Source: Octopus bimaculoides
Taxonomy: Eukaryota
NCBI RefSeq assembly: GCF_001194135.2
Contig: NC_068984.1
Coordinates: 81,115,032 to 81,157,663, forward strand
Length of the DNA stretch: 42,632 nucleotides
Direction: 5' to 3'
Below are positions 33,838 through 42,632 of this stretch, in pieces. Position numbers and translations under genes: made by a program. A model generated the notes under the pieces. That model did no database searches and had not been told where the DNA came from. It worked only from the letters and a program-made list of their open reading frames with translations. Positions within the stretch are counted from its first letter, which is position 1; each line of letters opens with the position of its first letter.

Positions 33838-33945
33838 CCATCACCATCACCATAGCCAGCTTATTAATCATCATCGTCGTCACTTTCATTGTCGATGTCG
33901 TCATTGTCGTCGCTTTCGTTGTCATCATCAACATCGTCGTCGTCG

Positions 33946-33990
<45 letters not shown>

Positions 33991-34068
33991 CCACCACCAC
34001 CATAACCATTCTCGTTATCATTCTCGTAAACGTCACCATCATCATCATCATCATTAACAACAACAATA
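33716..34068. repeat. Mosaic trinucleotide microsatellite (ATC/GTC/ACC)n
   Basis: Direct reading; explains the poly-M, poly-I and poly-D ORFs. Confidence 0.95.
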
Positions 34069-34354
34069 TCAGACCTATTATATAATCCAACTGCAATAAT
34101 TTTGTCCATGTATTTATATTTATCTACTGACCATAGTTTTTTTTTATTCATTTAATTAAATTGTTGTTATTGTTGTTTAGATGCAGGTCAGTTGGAAATG
34201 ATGCAAAGGCCTTCTTACAACCCTTGGCTGTACCCCAGTTCAAGCGAAGACTAAGACTGGGCCATGAAATACATGAAATACAGTCAAGCGCTCTAATTTC
34301 TCTGCTAGTCAGGCTGTACAGTCGGTGGTACGTATTGCTTCGCACTCTATATAG

Positions 34355-34430
34355 CAGGGGTCCCTAACCACCAGGGCACAGACCAGTATCGCACCGCGGA
34401 TCACTTGGTGTCGGGCGGCACGGAAAGAAT
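34355..34430 (+). mobile_element. hAT (MER1/Charlie-like) left-end fragment
   Basis: CAGGGGTCCCTAACCACCAGGGCACAGACCAGTA; no matching right TIR found. Confidence 0.5.
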
Positions 34431-34530
34431 AAATTTTACAATTTTACTTTTATTTAATCGCTTATCACAGTCTGCAGTCTTTTACATGGTGCGTGCGCAC
34501 CCCACCCCCAATAGATACATACATGCATGC

Positions 34531-34572
<42 letters not shown>

Positions 34573-34692
34573 TGCAAAAACACATATATATATATAATGC
34601 AAATACAATTTAATATCACCTGGGTATCTGGGCAATGAAGAACGTCCATTTCAAAGCTCCTCGACTCTTATCGGCTACCATATATCATCTTA

Positions 34693-34863
34693 CAGCAGGA
34701 ATATAGGCTCCTTTCAGTTTCCGTCTACCAAATCCATTTACAAGGCATTGATCTGCCCAAGGCTATAGTAGAAGACACCTGTCCAAGGTTCCGCGCAGTG
34801 GTACTGATCCCGGAGTCATGTGGTTGGGAAGAAAGCTTCTTACCACACAGCTACGCCTGCGCC
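34693..34863 (-). mobile_element. SINE family A, 5' half
   Basis: TTTCAGTTTCCGTCTACCAAATCCA...CTTACCACACAGCTACGCCTGCGCC. Confidence 0.85.
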
Positions 34864-34899
34864 TATATAACAATAAATATTTTAAGTTTTGGAACAAGG

Positions 34900-35085
34900 G
34901 TTGTAATTTTAGAGGGTCGGTGGTTACTGGATGACATTGAACCCAGTACTTGAGTGATACTTTATTTTGTCACACCTGATAAAATGAAAAGCAAACTGAC
35001 CTTCGGCAGGCTTTTGAACGTAAAAAGCCAGAGAAAATCCCGCTAAGCATTTTGTCCAATACGCTAATGGTTCTGTCAGCTTATA
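34900..35085 (-). mobile_element. SINE family C, degenerate
   Basis: Recognisable central block and head. Confidence 0.6.
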
Positions 35086-35136
35086 GCCTTTGAAGTAATA
35101 ATGTTTTTTTCCTACCAACAAGGGCCCAGCACATTG

Positions 35137-35526
35137 TTGTTGTTGTTGGCACTCCGTCGCGTACGACGTCGAGGGTTCCAGTTGATCCGATCAACGGAAC
35201 AGCCTGCTCGTGATATTAACGTGCAAATGGCTGAGCACTCCACAGATACGTGTACCTTTAACGTAGTTCTCAGGGATATTCAGCGTGACACAGTGTGACA
35301 AGGCTGGCCTTTTGAATTACAGGCACAGCAGAAACAGGAAGTAAGAGTGAGAGAAAGTTGTGGTGAAAGAGTACAGCAGGGTTCGCCACCATCCCCTGAC
35401 GGAACCTCGTGGAGCTTTAGGTATTTTCGCTCAATAAACACTCACAACGCCCGGTCTGGGAATCGAAACCGCGATCCTATGACCGCGAGTCCACTGCCCT
35501 AACCACTGGGTCATTGCGCCTCCACT
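35137..35526 (-). mobile_element. SINE family B with perfect 11-bp TSD
   Basis: TSD CCAGCACATTG at 35126-35136 and 35527-35537; (CAA)n tail. Confidence 0.93.
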
Positions 35527-35564
35527 CCAGCACATTGATGACAATATAAAAGGACGAAATACTT

Positions 35565-35990
35565 GGCAGGTACGGTGAGGTTTACATCAATCAAATGGAA
35601 ATCAACAACTATTAAGATATAACAGAAGATATACAAAAATAGAATTTTGAAAAACTTAACAAGAAAAATATCTCCCTAGCAGGGTACTCCAGAAGGGTAA
35701 ATCGGGAGAAATCCTATACAAGAAGGTTTAGATTACTTTAACATCTCCAAGGCATCGAAAGTACCAAAGTATCCTCTCCCTATTCTTTCCCTCTTACGCA
35801 GGGCATTCTGAGGGTTGGCTCATTCAGATTTACCAGCCATGTGGCTGTCTTCCACCTTTGGATAGATACAGTAGAAGGAGGCACTTCTTCCCTCTCTACC
35901 CTCTTCAAGTGGTACTTAAAGAAGGTGATGAGAGCTTGGCCAGATAGGAAAATACCTATCGTCAAACCTTTCAGACGAATTCACCACTAG
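35565..35990 (-). mobile_element. 3' fragment of a second, divergent Tx1/L1-clade LINE
   Basis: W*IRLKGLTIGIFLSGQALITFFKYHLKRVEREEV...QRWK aligns by eye with WKTRIKGVKTGNFISGHELRSFFTFYLKRKVWLEK...KRWK of 31574..31906. Confidence 0.75.
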
Positions 35991-36189
35991 GTGATGATGA
36001 TGATGATGATGATGATGAAGATGATAATGATTTTTTTTATTTATTTAGCTCAAGAGCAGCACAGATACAATATTACTGCTATATATACAACACAGAGTGA
36101 GCAATAAAAGAATACGTATCTTATTTCAATGCTAGATTGTAATGGATTCATTGATACATTAACTTATTCTTTGTTTTCGCCTTCTTTTG

Positions 36190-36343
36190 AAGGTGGCGTG
36201 GGTGTGTGGTTAGGAAGCTCGTTTTGCAACTGCGTAATTTCGAGTTCAGTCTCACTGCGCTGCACCTTGGGCAAGTGTCTTCTACTATAGCTCCTAGCTA
36301 ACTAATCTCTTGTGAATGAATTCGGGTGACGGAATCTGTTATA
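36190..36343 (+). mobile_element. SINE family A, 5' half, degenerate
   Basis: GCACCTTGGGCAAGTGTCTTCTACTATAGC. Confidence 0.7.
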
Positions 36344-36353
36344 NNNNNNNNNN

Positions 36354-36720
36354 TACTTGGAAATGGATGCGAGGCGTTCAATCATATAATAATATAAATT
36401 AAAAAAATATATAGGCTTATAATGTACATACTGACATATATATGTTATGTTGTCGTGAATTGCGCGAAATGTGGAGTAGATAAACAGCCGACAACTGATG
36501 AAGTGTCGTTCTTTATGTTACTGGTCTTGTTTTCCATTTGTTTTTTCTCGTTGTTCGCAAGAAAAAAGTTTGTCTTTGTATTTCATGTTGTTTTTCGCGT
36601 TTCGGATTTCATGTTGTTTACGTTTTGTAACGTCCTGTACCCATATATGCATGTATATACACATATATATGTCAGGATGTACATATATGTATGTATATAT
36701 GCCTATATATATTATTTATA
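36354..36720 (+). mobile_element. Family P copy preceded by an inverted partial copy of its own tail
   Basis: 36450-36720 is sense; 36354-36445 is the reverse complement of the tail (compare 36420-36443 with 36663-36685). Confidence 0.6.
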
Positions 36721-36960
36721 GGATCTTTTTTAAAACGGGGGCCACATTTTTCATTAACGAAACACTTTGAAACTTGGAACACTGGTAGAATGTGTCATAT
36801 AAAACATCTTTTTCTCTTAGTCTTCTTTAAAAAAAAAAGAAATCCATAAATTATTCCATGTTAAAGTTGTCGTATTTCTGTAATTTCAACCAATCACTGG
36901 CGTCCATTCAGCCGATATACATTAAGTGCCGACTACATAAACAAACGATTCTGAAACAAT

Positions 36961-37015
36961 TAACCCTAACCCTAACCCTAACTCTAACCCTAACCCTAAC
37001 TCTAACTCTAACCCT
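36961..37015. repeat. Telomere-type (TAACCC)n with TAACTC variants, running into an N-gap
   Basis: Nine hexamers, three of them variant. Confidence 0.9.
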
Positions 37016-37895
37016 NNNNNNNNNNNNNNNNNNNNNNNNNNNNNNNNNNNNNNNNNNNNNNNNNNNNNNNNNNNNNNNNNNNNNNNNNNNNNNNNNNNNN
37101 NNNNNNNNNNNNNNNNNNNNNNNNNNNNNNNNNNNNNNNNNNNNNNNNNNNNNNNNNNNNNNNNNNNNNNNNNNNNNNNNNNNNNNNNNNNNNNNNNNNN
37201 NNNNNNNNNNNNNNNNNNNNNNNNNNNNNNNNNNNNNNNNNNNNNNNNNNNNNNNNNNNNNNNNNNNNNNNNNNNNNNNNNNNNNNNNNNNNNNNNNNNN
37301 NNNNNNNNNNNNNNNNNNNNNNNNNNNNNNNNNNNNNNNNNNNNNNNNNNNNNNNNNNNNNNNNNNNNNNNNNNNNNNNNNNNNNNNNNNNNNNNNNNNN
37401 NNNNNNNNNNNNNNNNNNNNNNNNNNNNNNNNNNNNNNNNNNNNNNNNNNNNNNNNNNNNNNNNNNNNNNNNNNNNNNNNNNNNNNNNNNNNNNNNNNNN
37501 NNNNNNNNNNNNNNNNNNNNNNNNNNNNNNNNNNNNNNNNNNNNNNNNNNNNNNNNNNNNNNNNNNNNNNNNNNNNNNNNNNNNNNNNNNNNNNNNNNNN
37601 NNNNNNNNNNNNNNNNNNNNNNNNNNNNNNNNNNNNNNNNNNNNNNNNNNNNNNNNNNNNNNNNNNNNNNNNNNNNNNNNNNNNNNNNNNNNNNNNNNNN
37701 NNNNNNNNNNNNNNNNNNNNNNNNNNNNNNNNNNNAAAAGTACCGGACTCTGTAAGAGAAGTACTGGGGTAGATTTGTTGGACAAAGACCTGTCGAGGTG
37801 GTACCCTAGTCCAATGAATGTATCAAATAAAAACAGAAAATATTTATTTTCGCCTCTGTATCTTTTATATATTTATCAGCTTAACATTGGTTTGA

Positions 37896-38232
37896 GAGTG
37901 GTTCTCAACCGGGGTTCCATATGATATAAGATTTGGGGGGCTCCACATAATAAAATAGTAAATAAGAGATCCACAATAGTATTTCAAGGGGCCCTGAAAC
38001 AATTTTGCTTTTGATGTATGTATTGGTATATATTGCAAGAAACAGTGAGGTTTCTTTCTCTAACATTTTACATAGTTCAACATATACAAGTCAATGTGTG
38101 AAAAACAAATTAGGAATTTTGAAAGCAGTACCTATAAAACTAGTTTGTAAACAATGAACGGCTTTGGGGGTCCACCAGAATAAAATAATAATCAAAGGTC
38201 CATAGGTAAAAAAAAATGGTTGAGAATCCCCG
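37896..38232. mobile_element. hAT MITE, same family as 2284-2611
   Basis: TIR GAGTGGTTCTCAACC / GGTTGAGAATCCCCG; internal homology. Confidence 0.82.
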
Positions 38233-39055
38233 GTTAGAATGACCAAGTTAGTTATTATCTTCTGAAAACTCAGAGGTTATTAGAAAGAAACAACCGTGTC
38301 ACACAAAAGAAGTCAAAAGACAATAGGAACAAGAACTAATTCAGAAGCTCTGTTTATACTGAGTCACTGAATAAATAAATGACAGAACAACGCGAGAACA
38401 TAAAAAAAAATAAGAAAGATTTGTTTTAAGGGAGCGTTAAGAGTCTACGTTATAGAGAATTCTTCATAGGTCTAAAATAATTTAATACAACCACCATTAA
38501 AAATACCAGCAGGTTTATAGAACAATGTGGGTGGAGTTTGGAGATAGTTGCTGAATTCCAGGACCAGACTGTACAGTAATATAACCAACCTTTTTTTTTT
38601 TATTAGGATTGGGGTAAGGGTAAAATACCAAAGTGCTAGTGTCGACGCATCTAAGGAAGAGTCGACATCTGGGTATAAGAGCTTATAGTTTTAAAGTTCG
38701 TTTCCTTTGGATAACGTGTCAGTGATATTCTTCGCCTTTGTGGATGTCAGTGGTTATTGTGGTCGTACTCGCAAAAAGTCTGTGAATATATAATCTTTTT
38801 CATAATGTCATTGATATATTTACGCTTTCATTTCGATTTATGACTTACATATACACATGCATGCATACATACATACATACATACATGCATGTATACATAN
38901 NNNNNNNNNATATATATATATCTTTATATATATATATATATATGTGTGTGTGTATGTGTGTGTGTGTGTGTGTATATGTATATATGCATAGATATATATA
39001 CGTGCATACGTATTAGTATATATCTGTATTATTAGTTTATTTATACATACCAACA

Positions 39056-39087
<32 letters not shown>

Positions 39088-39419
39088 CATACATACATAC
39101 ATTAATTTACCTACTGTAACCGATGAGCTTCATACGTGAACAAGAAGTGGTAGGAGAAACAATGTAAGAAGGAAAAAGGAAAGAATAATAGAATGCGGAG
39201 AAGCAAGCAAATTTGAGAGTTAGATGAAAGGAAGCAGTGAGAGGAGGTTGGGTTGTAGGATAAGAAAGAGTTTAAGGAATTAAGAGGAGTTGTAGGATAG
39301 GAGAGAAATACGTTTGTTTACACATCTCAATTGATATGGCGCCAAGTTCTCTCAGTATTGGTCCTATCTAGATGGGATGAAACTTAAAAATGTCATGGGT
39401 GCTGCACCACCTTTGTCGT

Positions 39420-39922
39420 TTACTCTTTACTCTTCACTTTTTTACTTGTTTCAGTCATTTGACTGCGGCCATGCTGGGGCACCGCCTTTAGTCGAGCAAA
39501 TCGACCCCAGGACTTATTCGTTTTAAGCCGAGTTCTTATTCTTTCGGTCTCTTTTTGCCGAACTGCTAAGTTACGGGGACGTAAACACACCACCATCGGT
39601 TGTCAAGCGATGTTGGGGGACAAACACAGACACACAAACATACACACATATATATATATACATATATACGACGGGCTTCTTTCAGTTTCCGTCTACCAAA
39701 TCCACTCACAAGGTTTTGGTCGGCCCGAGGCTATAGTANNNNNNNNNNTATATATATATACATATATACGACGGGCTTCTTTCAGTTTCCGTCTACCAAA
39801 TCCACTCACAAGGTTTTGGTCGGCCCGAGGCTATAGTAGAAGACACTTGCCCAAGGTCCCACGCAGTGGGACTGAACCCGGAACCATGTGGTTGGTAAGC
39901 AAGCTACTTACCACACAGCCAG
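39420..39922 (-). mobile_element. SINE family A (full length; 90 bp duplicated across a 10-N gap)
   Basis: Both halves and the internal microsatellite are present. Confidence 0.9.
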
Positions 39923-40966
39923 TCTTCATTTTTGTTAGCCAGGAGGAAAGGTAGTGCCTATGATTCGTTATAGGGCCTTTGAAACTGCTTGGCAGGTGGA
40001 AGGAAAGGACCTTCAAACAGGGAACCCGAGTTTCCTATTTGAAGGTACCTTACTTGCAACAGAGTATATTCCGTTAAAGACAATCAAAGTGTCGTGTGGT
40101 TGTGTTAAACCAGTTTAGTCTACCATCCAAGTACGACATGTTCAGATGCGAACACAGAATGTAAAGAGCCGGAACAGTTAATGGAAGATATCCGGTTTGA
40201 CGTCCCTAAAACCGCTAATCAAACACCCTAGATTAATACTTACTTATTTTTATCAGTCCCGAAATAACGAAGAGCAAGGCTGAGTTGGGCTGGATTTGAA
40301 CACAGATTGTCGTGTATCTGAACAAATATAACATTTCATTCTATCCGACTGACTAACGATTCTGTTCTCCTCTGAGTAAATAGTTCTTTCAAATTTAGCA
40401 CGAGTTCACCAATATAAGAGTGAAGGGTTTAATCGTTTACATCAACCTCTGGTACTTACTGATATTTTATCGACCCGAAAGGATAAAAGGCAAAGTCAAC
40501 CTCAGCGGAATTTGAACTCAGAACGTAAAGCTCTGGAAAAAATGCTACTAAGCGTTTTGTCCGACGCGCTAACGATTCTGCCAGGTCAACACTTTTCTCT
40601 AAGTAATTAGCAGTTTCTAATTTAGACACAAGGCTAGCAATTTTGAGGGAAGACTATTAGTCTCTGTTGCAAGTAAGGTACCTTCAAATAGGAAACTCGG
40701 GTTCCCTGTTTGAAGGTCCTTTCCTTCCACCTGCCAAGCAGTTTCAAAGGCCCTATAACGAGTCATAGGCACTACCTTTCCTTCTGGCTAACAAAAATGA
40801 AGACTGGCTGTGTGGTAAGTAGCTTGCTTACCAACCACATGGTTCCGGGTTCAGTCCCACTGCGTGGGACCTTGGGCAAGTGTCTTCTACTATAGCCTCG
40901 GGCCGACCAAAACCTTTTGAGTGGATTTGGTAGACGGAAACTGAAAGAAGCCCGTCGTATATATGT
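39760..40966. repeat. Inverted duplication, 305-bp arms with 597-bp spacer
   Basis: 39760-40064 versus the reverse complement of 40662-40966; 3 mismatches by hand count. Confidence 0.92.
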
Positions 40967-41120
40967 TCCCAGTACTTTAACTGCTACATTATTTTATCAA
41001 CCCTGAAAGAGCTGAAAGGCAAAATTGACCTCAGTAGGGTTTGAACTCAGATCGCCATATGTCAGTATAAATACATATAAAGCATTCCGACGGTCTAATG
41101 GCTCTACCAATTCGTCGCCT
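40230..41120 (-). mobile_element. Three SINE C copies; the last is split by the duplicated arm
   Basis: Copies at about 40230-40365, 40390-40590 and 40610-40661 + 40967-41120. Confidence 0.7.
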
Positions 41121-41835
41121 TCTCTGAGTAATTAATAAAATGAATATGTTTGTCAGTCATTTTCAATCTTATAATTGAAAGTACCCGACAAAAGGATCCG
41201 GAATTCTCCTGGGAACAGCTTTGAAAATAACTATGAGTCAGACATGCTAAACTATCTTAAAATCTAATGTATTATCTAGGGTAGCTGTCGTAGACGCAAT
41301 TACGCATGTAAAATAGTGATTGCTTGAGCGATTCTGCAGAAGTCTGATCAACGGTTCGCTGTTACCATGTGGTAACTAATTCAAAGTTGACACTATATTA
41401 GTTTTGATTGCAAAACCAATTCGTGTCTATTTTCGTATTCCGTAACTTAATCTCTTTTACTTGTCCAGTATCAATAAGACGAGTTTTAGAGAAGGCAGCA
41501 ATATCAAACGAGTAGCTTCTAAGTTCTTTACCTACAAAAGCAGTTTTTTCGCTCAGGCAAACTCATCCTTTAAGACTGTCGATATAGCGTACGCTTTTGG
41601 CACCTTTGAATATATGTGTGTATGGGGAGGCGAGTATATTCAAATGTGCGCATGCGTGTATGTGTATGTAATACATATACAAATGTGTGTGTGTTACCCA
41701 CGCAGACGCACGCACACTTACACACAAACACCCTGTTCCAAATCACTTAAGTTTAGTGGACGTAGAACATGACTTCATTATCATATGCATATGTGTGCGT
41801 GGTTGTGCCTATATATATGTATGCATGGTTGTGCC

Positions 41836-41870
<35 letters not shown>

Positions 41871-42139
41871 GCACATACACACTAGTAGTTGTAGTAGTAG
41901 TAGTAGTAGTAGTAGCAGCAGCAGCAGCCAGAGAGCTAAAAGTCTCTTGAAGTCAGTGTTACATTCAAATCTGATGATTCTAGAAACAGCTTCGCTATTT
42001 TCTAGATGAACCAGCTTGCAAGTTGTAAGTAAAATATAGTATATATGTATATATATAAACAAAGATACATGCTTATATATACGTATATATTTATATACAT
42101 AAATGAATATATGTATATATATTCTTTTTTTCTTTTTTT

Positions 42140-42480
42140 ATATTCTTTTACTTGTTTCATTTGACTGCGGCCATGTTGGAGGACCGCCTTTAGTCGAACA
42201 AATCGACTCCAGGACATATTCTTTGTAAGCCTAGTACATATTCTATCAGTATCTTTTGCCGAACCGCTAGATTACGGGGACGTAAACAAGCGCTGGTGGC
42301 CACACACACACACACATACACACACACACACAACACACACATATAAATATACACATATATGTATACTACGGGCTTCTTTCAGTTTCTGTCTGTCAAATCC
42401 GGAGGCTATAGTAGAAGACACTTGCCCAAGGTGCCATGCAGTGGGACTGAACCCGGAACCATGAGGCTGGAAAACAAGCT
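42140..42480 (-). mobile_element. SINE family A with internal deletions
   Basis: 3' half, internal CA run and head to ACAAGCT. Confidence 0.85.
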
Positions 42481-42560
42481 TCTTTATTTCATATAAATTC
42501 GCCATTGGAGGCGTTACAAAGAGGGGACAAACAAGGACAGACAAACATAAGGGGGAAGAA
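42478..42560 (-). mobile_element. Possible LINE 3' terminus
   Basis: Minus strand TTGTTTGTCCCCTCTTTGTA...AAATAAAGA resembles the Tx1 end at 31331-31385. Confidence 0.35.
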
Positions 42561-42632
42561 GCTTAAACGTTTTTTTTTTTAATTTTACAAGTTACGAATA
42601 AATTAAAATTAAAATATGATTAAAAATTGATT

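Noticed and set aside
33608-34151. Poly-Met, poly-Ile and poly-Asp ORFs
   Set aside because: Trinucleotide microsatellite read in different frames.
39649-39838. Exact 90-bp direct duplication
   Set aside because: Identical sequence on both sides of a 10-N gap, offset exactly 100 bp: a contig-overlap assembly artefact.
41971-41995. CTGATGA-TTCTA-GAAAC
   Set aside because: No stem II, cleavage triplet or stem I; also rejected on the same grounds are CTGATGA at 16339 and CTGACGA at 27710 (the latter is mariner coding sequence).

Overview
Repeat-saturated eukaryotic non-coding DNA from a gapped draft assembly (15 N-gaps, about 4.5 kb). It is most likely an octopus or other coleoid cephalopod; this is inferred from the tRNA-SINE families and the extreme microsatellite density. 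No host protein-coding gene can be supported, and most listed ORFs are microsatellite or N-gap read-throughs. Real coding remnants are all transposon-derived: a full-length but broken DD41D (rosa-type) Tc1/mariner nested in a hAT MITE (8213-9517), a Dong/R4-clade endonuclease tail that the ORF track misses (7307-7555), two Tx1/L1-clade LINE 3' fragments, and two mariner foldbacks, one made of two left ends (24744-25582) and one of two right ends (27450-27955). About two dozen SINE copies from four families (labelled A-D here) are present. The most notable signal is a type I hammerhead ribozyme motif (14993-15035) at the tip of a long stem. It lies inside a highly structured 351-bp unit arranged as a partial tandem with an inverted 5' copy, which is Penelope-like/retrozyme architecture. 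In this copy the catalytic G12 is lost. Further decayed hammerhead-like cores occur at 18438-18545 and in a dispersed repeat family (P) with the same architecture. SINE and repeat boundaries are read by eye and are approximate to about 10 bp unless a TIR or TSD is quoted.
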